64,000 bases of DNA from an uncultured Ruminococcus sp. (GTDB lineage Bacteria > Bacillota > Clostridia > Oscillospirales > CAG-382). Of the stretch, positions 8,712 through 17,799 are shown one piece after another. The notes under the pieces are model-generated. The model ran no database searches, was not told the DNA's origin, and was given only the letters and a program-made list of their open reading frames with translations. Location: assembly GCA_964402515.1 (NCBI GenBank), contig CAYOCM010000001.1, positions 5,660 through 69,659 of the forward strand. The letters run 5' to 3'. The first letter of the stretch is position 1; every line of letters starts with the position of its first letter. A program made the position numbers and the translations under genes.

Positions 8712-9710
8712 TTATTCGCTCGGAGTATTCGATAACATATTTTCGATAAATATGCCGTATCCGCGTGTCGAATCTCCGACAAGCACATGAGTAACCGCAC
8801 CCACAAGTTTGCCGTCTTGAATTATAGGGCTGCCGGACATACCCTGCACTATGCCGCCCGCACGCTCGATAAGTTTTTTATCGGTAACGTGCAGTATGAG
8901 ATTTTTGGTGTTTGAGCCGCTGTCAAGCTCTTGTATCTCAATCTCATAACTTTGCACCCCGTCGCTGCCGAGCGTGGTCAGTATCTGTGCTTTACCCACT
9001 TTGGCGTGAGCGGTAGTCATCGCCTGACTCAATCCCGACGGAAAACGGTAATATCCGCCGTAAACGCCCGTTTCGGTATTGGCAAACAGAGTACCCTTGC
9101 GCACAGAACCGAAAACGCCCTGCAACTCACCCGGTGAATTTCGTTTGCCTTTGACTACGCCGGTTATATCGACATCTACCACGGTGCCTTCGGAAAGCGG
9201 CAGGAGCGTGCCTGTTTCACTGTCGCATATTCCGTGACCGAGACCCGCAAAAGTTCCGTCGGCAAGCACATAAGTCACGGTGCCGATACCCGCCGCCGAA
9301 TCGCGAACATACATACCGAGCCTTGCCGTGCCGCTTTCAAGATCTGTCGCGGGGGTTATTTTTGTTTTAAAGCTATCTTCGCCACGTGTGATCTCAAGCG
9401 TCATACTGTGATTGCCGTTTTCTGAGATCTGCCTTAAAAATCCGTCCGAAGATATAACCTCGCTGCCGTTTACCGCCGTAATGATATCGCCCGATTTAAT
9501 ACCCGCATCGGCTGCCGGCGAGACCAGTCCCGATGCCGTTTCGACCGCAGTTATACCCACGACCAATGCGCCTTTGGTAAAAAACTTAATACCAAAAGCC
9601 GTGCCTCCCGCATATACTCGCTCACCCAAAGCCGATGTCGGCAACGCAAATGTCGCAAGCAAAACAGCGGTCAGCAATAATGTCAATAATCTTTTTGACC
9701 TGATGCTCAT
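8712..9710 (-). CDS. spoIVB: SpoIVB peptidase (S55 serine protease with PDZ domain)
   Basis: N-terminal TM/signal segment, a PDZ-like GIKSGDIITAVNG, and the catalytic-region strings GLGHGICD and GIVQGMSGSPIIQDGKLVGAVTHVLV. The start could be ATG 9710 (AGGTGG upstream) or ATG 9737. Confidence 0.85.
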   Translation of the reverse strand: MSIRSKRLLTLLLTAVLLATFALPTSALGERVYAGGTAFGIKFFTKGALVVGITAVETASGLVSPAADAGIKSGDIITAVNGSEVISSDGFLRQISENGNHSMTLEITRGEDSFKTKITPATDLESGTARLGMYVRDSAAGIGTVTYVLADGTFAGLGHGICDSETGTLLPLSEGTVVDVDITGVVKGKRNSPGELQGVFGSVRKGTLFANTETGVYGGYYRFPSGLSQAMTTAHAKVGKAQILTTLGSDGVQSYEIEIQELDSGSNTKNLILHVTDKKLIERAGGIVQGMSGSPIIQDGKLVGAVTHVLVGDSTRGYGIFIENMLSNTPSE

Positions 9711-9863
9711 ATCCCACCTGATTTTTTGTTTTTGCATCGCTGATAATGTTTGTTGAATTAACCCTTATTATACTGTCAATTTTTTATTTCCCAAAAGCAT
9801 ATCCGCGCCATGTGCGGGCAAAAATAATAAACGGCTTAATATCAATCGGAGAGGTGCAGTTTT

Positions 9864-12800
9864 ATGAATATTTTGTCTTTGGCTAAAAAGGCTTATCGCA
9901 AGATATGCACAATACAAAAGCATATGCCGCGTTCCAAGCAAGGAGAGTACGCATGGATATACGACAATATGCATCTTATAAACGCGGCCTATAAAGCGGT
10001 AGACAGCGTTAAGATAAGCGCAAAGGAATTGCGTTTTGCGCCAAGGATAGCGCATTTTTGTGACGAAAAAAAGTTTGACTTGCCCGAAGACGAAATATTG
10101 TCGTTTTTAAGCGCCAATGCCGAAGCTATGCGGTTTTCCGCCGCTGCGGTATTTGCCTTGCCGGCAATATTCGATGCTTGCGCACTGATAAAGACGGCTT
10201 CTATATTCGAGACCGGTGAAGGATGCGATATGTTGGCAAATTGCATAACGCTTTTGCGCACGACACCGAATATAGACTGCGACGCACTGTTTGAAGCGGC
10301 ATACCTGCCCGAAGCGCTTTTGAATATTGACGAGCCCTCTTATGCTTTGTTTGACACAGACACAAAAAACAGGTATCGTCTTGCGATATATCATATTGCC
10401 GCAAAAAAACATCTTACCGACCGCGCAGCATACGCACAGATATTTGCAAAAGCCACGGCAAACAAAACATCTGTCGGCATAATGCTGTTCGGAGGCAAAA
10501 ACAAAATGTCGGCAACAATAATATATATTATCTGCTGTGTCGCCGCGGTAATTATGCTGACAATAACAGGAATAAATATTTTCGGATGGATAATGCTGCT
10601 GTGTGTATTGCCGCTTTTTGAAGCGGCGTTTGCCGTGGGCGATTTTGTGATGTCGTTTTATGCAAAAAAATCCACGCTTAAAATATCGCTTAAAAGCATT
10701 CCCGACAGCGCGCGAACGGCGGCTGTAATCACTACATTGCTGCTCGGGCAAAAAGATGATGCCGAAATATTTAAAAAACTTGCTTTGTTTGCGGCATCAA
10801 ACCGCGACAAAAACATTGTTTTTTGCATTCTCGCGGATCTTGCGGATAATTCGCAAAAGACCGCAAAAGATGACAACGCGACGGTTGAATACGCAAAAAC
10901 GCGCATAAACGAGCTTTGCAGCATATACGGCAACAGATTTTGCCTTTATCTGCGCGAAAGGCAATACGCCGAGCGCGACGGGATATGGCGCGCCTACGAG
11001 CGCAAGCGCGGAGCGATAAACGAGTTTATAAGATATCTGCGCGGTGAAAATACGGACGGTGTATTATACGGCAACGCCGACATAAATAATATAAAATATA
11101 TATGCACGCTTGACCGCGACACATATTTGCCGATAGACGCCGTAAAAGAACTTTTGGGTGCCGCACTGCACCCCGTAAATGCGCCTGTAATAAAGGACGG
11201 CAAAGTCGTACGCGGATACGGCATAATTCAACCCGCCGTAAAAACAACGCTTGAATCTGCGTATAATACTCGGTTTTCACGGCTGATATCCGGAGAAGCT
11301 GGCGGCGATGTATATGCAAATGCGATATTCGATCGCAGCATGGCGCTTTTCGGCGAAGGAACATTTTGCGGCAAAGGTCTTATCGATATCGACGTTTTTT
11401 ACAATGCGGTGTTGCCCGCTTTGCCCGAGGGCAAAGTATTGTCACACGATATAGCCGAGGGCGAGATCGCACGGACGCTGTTTATGCCCGAAACAGTGTT
11501 TTGCGATTCGTCACCGGCGACTCCGGCCGCTTATTGCAAGCGGTTGCACAGATGGGTACGCGGCGATGTTCAAAATCTGTTTTTGCTGTGTTCAAAACAC
11601 ATTTCGGCGGTAGGAAAATATAAATTTGCGGCAAACGTGCGACGTGTGCTGATGCCTGTTTCCGCTGCGGCGGCACTGATTTTTGGCGTCGCACTGACAA
11701 GCGAATATAACGCATTGTTTTTGCTGTTTGCATTGTCACATATAGCGGTCCCGCTTTTGCTTTCTGTTATATCGACGATGATATCCGGCGGCGCTTTTAC
11801 GCTGCGCAGATATTTTACAAGGTCTGTATCGGCGTTATCGCAGGCAATCGGATACGCGTTGTGGTCATATTGTTTTGCGGCGGTATATGCCTTTGTAAAT
11901 GCCGACGCAACGATACGTGCATTATGGCGCATGATAAGCGGCAAAAAACTGCTTGAATGGACTACATCCGTACAAACCGAAAATTCGGGCGGAGGCGCTC
12001 TTTATTCTTGCGTTTCAACGGCGGCGGGTGCCGCAATGCTTTTGTTTGCAAAAAGCGGGATTATGCTGATCACGGCAGCGTCGTTCTTTGCATATCCTCT
12101 TGCAGCAACACTGCTGTCTGAAAAAATCGGTTATAAAAAAAGCGGATTCACCGAAAACGACAAAAAAATTCTGGCAGCGGACGCAGCCGAAATGTGGCGT
12201 TTTTTTGAAAACCGTGTCAACGATTCCACCTCAAACTTACCGCCCGACAATATACAGTATTCACCCGAGATGCGCACGGCAATGCGCACATCGCCCACGA
12301 ACATCGGGTTTTATCTTGTTTCGGTCATTGCGGCAAGAGACCTGGGTCTTATTGACACAAGCACTTTGGCAAAGCGTGTTATAAAATGTTTGAGCAGTGT
12401 ATCCGAACTGAAAAAATATAAAGGTTGTCTGTATAACTGGTATGATCTGCGAAATCTGCTGCCGCTTGATAATTATGTTTCATCGGTCGACTGCGGCAAT
12501 ATGCTTTGCTGTCTTATCGCGTTGCGTGCGGGACTGTATGAATATCTCGGTGAATGCGACGAACTTATGGCGGCAATAGACTTGTGCACGGCAGAGATTC
12601 AAAAAACAGACCTTGCGATATTTTATAATCAAAAACGCGGATTGTTTTCGCTTGGAATAAACGTAGAAAACGGTGAAAAAGACTCGGTATGTTACGATCT
12701 TTATATGAGTGAATTCAGGCTGACGGCGTATGCCGCGGTCGCGTTGGGATATGCCGACAAACGCTCCTGGCGCGCATTGGGACGTACATGCACCTCACAT

Positions 12801-15800
12801 AAAGGATATATAGGAATGCTCAGTTGGTCAGGCACCGCGTTTGAATATTTTTTGCCGTCGCTGTTTTTGCCTGAATATAAAAACTCGTTTTTGATAGAAT
12901 CGCTTGAATTTGCATATATGATGCAAAACGAAAAACAAAAAAACGGCATGACCGGCATATCCGAAAGCGGATATTATGCCTTTGACTCGGCAATGAACTA
13001 TGCCTATCGCGCACACGGCGTACCGCAGTTGGCTCTATGCAAATACGATACCGACATGTCGGTATACTCGCCATATTCGGCATACCTTATGCTTTGCCGC
13101 AAAGACAGAGAGATAATAAATGCATTAAACGCTTACCGCGATGCCGGAATGCAAGGCGAATACGGGCTGTATGAGGCAAATGATTTTGCCGTCGAAAAAT
13201 CCGGCGGACTGATAGTGCGCAGTTTTATGGCGCACCATATCGGCATGAGCATTGTCGCATGTGCCAACGTATGTTTAGATGATATTTTTATAGCAAGGTT
13301 TACATCGGATCACCGCATTGCCGCGGCACTCGAACTTTTAAAAGAACGCGTTCCCGACGGTGTGATTCTTTATAAAAACAACGGCGCGGCAAGCAAGGTT
13401 CCCCATGAGATGACGGCCCAACGCGTTGTCCCTACGGGAAACTTTTCGCTGTCGGAACCCGAATTTGCGTTGTTGTGCGGAAACGGAGTCTCGGCAGTAT
13501 GCGATTCATCGGGGCATATAATGATGAATTTCGGCGGCAATATGCTGAATGTATGTGATTTTGATAAATATTCGCTTTTACCGTCTGTTATAATAAGGTT
13601 TTCATGTGACGGCGAACACTATGGTTGCACACAGTTGCACGGTGACGGACGATACAGCGGTGAATACGGTATGAGATATGCCTCGCAGATAAACTCATCA
13701 TCGGCTTTTACGGGCAAAACCGTGATACGCACGGGACGCTCAAGGCCGGGATTCTTTTTTGAAACCTCTGCCGACAACCGCAAAAAATACGCTGTGACGT
13801 TTTGCTTTGAACCGAGTATGGACAAAAAGCGCGATTTTGAGTCGCATCCCGCTTATTCAAGGCTGTTTTTAGAAGCAAAATATAACAGCGAACTTAACGC
13901 GTTGATATTTACACGGCGCGCCGATAAAGGCGTAAAATGCATCGTCGCGGCGATACGAGACAAGCATATTAAATACAGTTTTACGACATCAAAAGAAGGC
14001 CTGTCGGCATACGGCTTAAGCACGCCCGAAGATTTAGACAGAATAATACCCGACGGACGCACCGGCACCTGCATAAATCCTTTATGCTTTATGCAGACCG
14101 ACGAGATACGCGGTGCCAAGACATGTTTTATAGTCACTGCGGGCGAAAACGAGCAAGCTGCATTGTCAAATCTTGTTGCTTTGCGGCTTGAGGCAAAATG
14201 CTCGGCTGTCAATGAACCGACATCGGATATTCTTTCGCTATGCCTGCGCAAATGCTGTATGAAACGACAGATAACCGTTTACGACGATATACCGCAATGT
14301 GACATTTCGGCTTTGTGGCGACACGGCATAAGCGGAGACAGATGCCTGATAGTACTTGATGCCTCACCGCGCTCGGATGCGGCACTTGACGCGTGGATAT
14401 CCGCATACGCAACTCTGGCACACGGTTTTATACGCGCCGAGATGGCGATATGCATACAAGAAAACGACAACTATAACAGACCGCTTGAAAAATATATACG
14501 CAGGCTGTGCAATGCCAAAGGTCTGGCAGGACATTTGGGAAATTCGGGCGGAATAGTGATTTTGCACGGCCGCCACGACGAACTTAAGCCGCTTGCCGAC
14601 ATATATGCCGACCTATCAAAACTGACACTGCCGCATTCGGATTGGATATATACAGACGGATTGCCGACCGTGCGATGTTTTGCCGGTGAAAAAACAATAT
14701 ATGACGGTGACAAGAATACGGTGTTGCCAACTGCCGAAGGCGGTTTTATTCAAGGCGCGTATATCATTGACACATCATTACCTCCCCCGTTGCCGCGCAC
14801 ATTTGTTATGGCGAACAAAAACGGTTTCGGTGCCGTAATTACGCACGCGTCGCTCGGTTGTTCGTTTGACGGAAATGCGCGTGAAAGCCGTATTACTTTT
14901 GCCGCGTCGGATCCGTTTTGTCTGCAAAGCGGCGAAAGGATATTGTGCCGCATAGCAAGCACGGTATACGATCTGTGCTCATGCGCAGACACGGTTATTT
15001 ATTACGCGGGGCACGCCGAATACAAAGGCAAAATATTCGGATATTCATATACGGTAACAACTTTAATACACCCGCAAATCAACGCAAAAATAACCGACGT
15101 CTGCTTTGACGATACCAACAGGTTTGATCTTGCGCTGTATATCAGGCCGTGTTCGCCCGACGGAATAGATCAAAACACGCATATTGCCGCAAAAAGAGCG
15201 TCAATCGCAGGCACCGAAGGAATTATTTTTAAAAACATTCCGCAAAGACACGCAATGCACGATTTTTATGCGGGCGGCGAAAGTTGCAACGTAATGACAG
15301 ACCTTGCCGAATTTATCATAGGACAAAAAGGCGGCGACGACTGCATTTTGTTAAAACGCACAGGCGGCGGCAGGTTTATTATTTCATGCTGTGAAGCAGC
15401 CGATATAAACCGTTTGCGCAAAACCGACATAAGTATTCTGTGTGATGAGGCCGATAAAGCGGCAAGAAATTTTATACCAGCCGCAGATGCAAAACTGCCT
15501 TCGCAAAGCCTTGAGGCTTTGCTGAAACTGTTGCCTATACAGGTAGGCGTGTGCAGACTGCAAGCGCGCACTTCGTTTTGGCAATCCGGCGGAGCATTCG
15601 GCTTTAGAGATCAGTTGCAAGATTGCATGATGTTGGTCTATTCGGTGCCGGAAACAGTTAAAAATCACATACTGAATGCCGCCGCTCATCAATATACCGA
15701 GGGAGATGTGATGCATTGGTGGCACGAAGGCATAGGCGGCGTGCGCACAAAATGCTCTGACGATATGCTTTGGTTGCCTATTGCAGTATCGGAATATATA

Positions 15801-16886
15801 CGCATAACGGATGACAGCGAAATATTGAATGTTCAAGTGCCGTTTGTTGTTTCGGAGCCTCTCGCGGATGTAGACGAAAGATATGAAACACCCGAGATAT
15901 CCGCATACACCGCAACGCTGAGAGAACACTGCATAAAAGCGCTGTGCGTTACAAAAACAGGTCCAAACGGACTTGCGCTTATGGGATCTTGCGATTGGAA
16001 CGACGCTTTTTCGGAGATGCGCGGCGAAAGCATGCTGACGACGTTTATATATATAACCGCCGCAAAAATGTTTTTGCCGTATGCCGCAGAAAAAACGGAT
16101 ATTATATTTTCGATCGCCGAGAAGATGATGCAGAACGCCGAAAAACATTATGTTAACGACAGATATATACGCGCGATAGCGGATGACGGTACGGTATACG
16201 GTGACGGCAACAGCGATGAATGCGCAACAGATGCCGCCGTACAGGCATTTGCCGTCTTTGCGGGAGCAAGTCACTGCGCACAGGCCGTAAAGACCGCGTT
16301 TGATGTTTTGTGCGACAAAGAAGCACGCATAATTAAGTTGTTTCGGCCGCCGTTTGACAAAGGCAATACCCCTGCCGGCGTTATAAGAAAATATCCGCCC
16401 GGTATAAGAGAAAACGGCGGACAGTATACGCACGCGGCGGTATGGCTTGCAATGGCGGCGTTCGCCACGGGACATATCGAAATAGGAGCCTCAGTAACCT
16501 CAATGCTTGACCCGATCGCAAAAAATATGACATACGAGGGCATGAAAATATACAAAGGCGATCCGTATGTGCTTGCAGCGGATATATATTCGGCGCAAAA
16601 CGCCATAGGCAGAGCCGGTTGGAGCTGGTACACGGGCTCGGCAGGTTGGTATTATAAATTGCTGTTTGAATATTTTATGGGCATAAGGTTTTGCGGCAGC
16701 AGCATATCGGTATATCCTTGCTGTGTTTATACCTGCACCGTCAGGCGCGGCAATTGCACGCTTGATATAACCGCGGTCGATGATGATACCTTGCCGGAAT
16801 TTGACGGCAAGCAAACTGCTTTTCCGCTTTTTATGCCGGACGGTAAACACACTTTAAAGGTATCGGTGCATAAAAAAATCGGCTGA
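9864..16886 (+). CDS. Cyclic beta-1,2-glucan synthase-like giant membrane enzyme (GT84 glycosyltransferase, central alpha/alpha-barrel-like domain, C-terminal GH94 phosphorylase-like domain)
   Basis: 2340 aa. GT84-type motifs occur at about aa 285-575 (CTLDRDTYLP, SHDIAEGE, RLHRWVRGD). Several TM helices flank the GT domain. NLPPDNIQYSP...RTSPTNIGFYL lies at about aa 790. GH94-type RDQLQD...GDVMHWWH...CSDDMLWLP lies at about aa 1915. RBS GGAGAGG. Confidence 0.8.
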   Translation: MNILSLAKKAYRKICTIQKHMPRSKQGEYAWIYDNMHLINAAYKAVDSVKISAKELRFAPRIAHFCDEKKFDLPEDEILSFLSANAEAMRFSAAAVFALPAIFDACALIKTASIFETGEGCDMLANCITLLRTTPNIDCDALFEAAYLPEALLNIDEPSYALFDTDTKNRYRLAIYHIAAKKHLTDRAAYAQIFAKATANKTSVGIMLFGGKNKMSATIIYIICCVAAVIMLTITGINIFGWIMLLCVLPLFEAAFAVGDFVMSFYAKKSTLKISLKSIPDSARTAAVITTLLLGQKDDAEIFKKLALFAASNRDKNIVFCILADLADNSQKTAKDDNATVEYAKTRINELCSIYGNRFCLYLRERQYAERDGIWRAYERKRGAINEFIRYLRGENTDGVLYGNADINNIKYICTLDRDTYLPIDAVKELLGAALHPVNAPVIKDGKVVRGYGIIQPAVKTTLESAYNTRFSRLISGEAGGDVYANAIFDRSMALFGEGTFCGKGLIDIDVFYNAVLPALPEGKVLSHDIAEGEIARTLFMPETVFCDSSPATPAAYCKRLHRWVRGDVQNLFLLCSKHISAVGKYKFAANVRRVLMPVSAAAALIFGVALTSEYNALFLLFALSHIAVPLLLSVISTMISGGAFTLRRYFTRSVSALSQAIGYALWSYCFAAVYAFVNADATIRALWRMISGKKLLEWTTSVQTENSGGGALYSCVSTAAGAAMLLFAKSGIMLITAASFFAYPLAATLLSEKIGYKKSGFTENDKKILAADAAEMWRFFENRVNDSTSNLPPDNIQYSPEMRTAMRTSPTNIGFYLVSVIAARDLGLIDTSTLAKRVIKCLSSVSELKKYKGCLYNWYDLRNLLPLDNYVSSVDCGNMLCCLIALRAGLYEYLGECDELMAAIDLCTAEIQKTDLAIFYNQKRGLFSLGINVENGEKDSVCYDLYMSEFRLTAYAAVALGYADKRSWRALGRTCTSHKGYIGMLSWSGTAFEYFLPSLFLPEYKNSFLIESLEFAYMMQNEKQKNGMTGISESGYYAFDSAMNYAYRAHGVPQLALCKYDTDMSVYSPYSAYLMLCRKDREIINALNAYRDAGMQGEYGLYEANDFAVEKSGGLIVRSFMAHHIGMSIVACANVCLDDIFIARFTSDHRIAAALELLKERVPDGVILYKNNGAASKVPHEMTAQRVVPTGNFSLSEPEFALLCGNGVSAVCDSSGHIMMNFGGNMLNVCDFDKYSLLPSVIIRFSCDGEHYGCTQLHGDGRYSGEYGMRYASQINSSSAFTGKTVIRTGRSRPGFFFETSADNRKKYAVTFCFEPSMDKKRDFESHPAYSRLFLEAKYNSELNALIFTRRADKGVKCIVAAIRDKHIKYSFTTSKEGLSAYGLSTPEDLDRIIPDGRTGTCINPLCFMQTDEIRGAKTCFIVTAGENEQAALSNLVALRLEAKCSAVNEPTSDILSLCLRKCCMKRQITVYDDIPQCDISALWRHGISGDRCLIVLDASPRSDAALDAWISAYATLAHGFIRAEMAICIQENDNYNRPLEKYIRRLCNAKGLAGHLGNSGGIVILHGRHDELKPLADIYADLSKLTLPHSDWIYTDGLPTVRCFAGEKTIYDGDKNTVLPTAEGGFIQGAYIIDTSLPPPLPRTFVMANKNGFGAVITHASLGCSFDGNARESRITFAASDPFCLQSGERILCRIASTVYDLCSCADTVIYYAGHAEYKGKIFGYSYTVTTLIHPQINAKITDVCFDDTNRFDLALYIRPCSPDGIDQNTHIAAKRASIAGTEGIIFKNIPQRHAMHDFYAGGESCNVMTDLAEFIIGQKGGDDCILLKRTGGGRFIISCCEAADINRLRKTDISILCDEADKAARNFIPAADAKLPSQSLEALLKLLPIQVGVCRLQARTSFWQSGGAFGFRDQLQDCMMLVYSVPETVKNHILNAAAHQYTEGDVMHWWHEGIGGVRTKCSDDMLWLPIAVSEYIRITDDSEILNVQVPFVVSEPLADVDERYETPEISAYTATLREHCIKALCVTKTGPNGLALMGSCDWNDAFSEMRGESMLTTFIYITAAKMFLPYAAEKTDIIFSIAEKMMQNAEKHYVNDRYIRAIADDGTVYGDGNSDECATDAAVQAFAVFAGASHCAQAVKTAFDVLCDKEARIIKLFRPPFDKGNTPAGVIRKYPPGIRENGGQYTHAAVWLAMAAFATGHIEIGASVTSMLDPIAKNMTYEGMKIYKGDPYVLAADIYSAQNAIGRAGWSWYTGSAGWYYKLLFEYFMGIRFCGSSISVYPCCVYTCTVRRGNCTLDITAVDDDTLPEFDGKQTAFPLFMPDGKHTLKVSVHKKIG

Positions 16887-16912
16887 GCTATGCTCAGCCG
16901 AAATCTGTTTTA
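16873..16912. terminator. Bidirectional terminator between convergent genes
   Basis: Hairpin GGCTGAGC-tat-GCTCAGCC (16881-16899) with an A7 run on the left, which reads as a T7 run on the minus strand, and a T-rich right side. Confidence 0.65.
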
Positions 16913-17734
16913 TTATTCTGTAACTTTTGCAACAGAAGTAATGTGAGTGTTAACACCCTTGTACCAATAAAGGAAGCCTTCGATATCAACTTTGTCGCCT
17001 TCAGCAAGGTCGGCAAATGCTTTGTAAGTATCGGTTTCGGGGCTCATAAGGTAACTTTCAACGCAGAAATCATAGTCATTTTCGCCGTAAGTAACGGTGA
17101 CATAGATGTCGTCGCCCGGTTCGCCGTTCTTGTATGTAACCGATTTGATAGTCACACCTTTGAACGAAACGAACTGATTTTGGTGTTTGATAAGATCGTC
17201 GGTGCCGAGCAGCGAGGTAATGTCGGTTGCTTCTGCAACATAAGTTTTGCCGTCATCGACAAATTCAAAGGTTGCATCCATAACTTCGACTTCGCCTTCC
17301 CATTCACCCTTGACACCGGTAACCTTGATCTTGGTGCCTTTGGTCAGTTTAGCTGCATCTTCCTGCGAGCAAGCCATCTCATAGAGGAAATAAGCACCGT
17401 CATGATCTTGAGTATAAACGGTGATAACACCCTGGCCGTCTTTTTCCCACCAGCTCTGAGTAGCCTGAACATAAGTCTCGATAACGACATCGCCGTTGAG
17501 TTCTGCGGCAACAAATTGCTCATAGGTCATAACGCCTTCGCTCTTTGCGTCGGTGTCGTCGGATGAGGTGTCGGCAACGGAAGAATCATCGGTATTTGAC
17601 GAATCTTCGACAACGGACGAAGCGTCGGCATCGGACGATGTATCGCCGTTGGATGATGTGTCGTCTGCGGGCTGGCAAGCAACAAGCGCAAGCGCGAGAA
17701 CGGCAGCAAAAAGGATAACAAGTATCTTTTTCAT
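16913..17734 (-). CDS. Secreted lipoprotein with an Asp/Ser-rich linker and two OB-fold-like modules
   Basis: ATG 17734 has an AAGGAG RBS. Signal peptide plus lipobox MKKILVILFAAVLALALVAC, then a low-complexity D/S/T stretch. Two similar beta-rich modules follow (KIKVTGVKGEWEGEVEV and DKVDIEGFLYWYKG). Function unknown. Confidence 0.6.
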   Translation of the reverse strand: MKKILVILFAAVLALALVACQPADDTSSNGDTSSDADASSVVEDSSNTDDSSVADTSSDDTDAKSEGVMTYEQFVAAELNGDVVIETYVQATQSWWEKDGQGVITVYTQDHDGAYFLYEMACSQEDAAKLTKGTKIKVTGVKGEWEGEVEVMDATFEFVDDGKTYVAEATDITSLLGTDDLIKHQNQFVSFKGVTIKSVTYKNGEPGDDIYVTVTYGENDYDFCVESYLMSPETDTYKAFADLAEGDKVDIEGFLYWYKGVNTHITSVAKVTE

Positions 17735-17770
17735 TTTTAAAAACTCCTTTTGTTTTGTTTTCTGCGGTGT

Positions 17771-17799
17771 ATTATACCTTATTTTCAAGATAAGGTCAA
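17771..17799 (-). promoter_or_regulatory. Sigma-A type promoter for the lipoprotein gene
   Basis: Minus strand reads TTGACC, a 17-nt spacer, then TATAAT. It overlaps the stop codon of the binding-protein gene. Confidence 0.45.

Noticed and set aside
15384-16475. 363-aa ORF on the minus strand inside the glucan-synthase gene. Similar long antisense ORFs lie at 10107-10751, 11026-11364 and 16500-16850.
   Set aside because: They lie entirely antisense to a gene with strong family motifs. Their translations are Cys/Arg/Phe/Tyr-rich with no motif, no RBS and no promoter. They are typical shadow ORFs of a long coding region.
17540-17660. Low-complexity GAC/GAT/TCG-rich repeat region.
   Set aside because: It encodes the Asp/Ser-rich linker that follows the lipoprotein signal peptide of the 16913-17734 gene.
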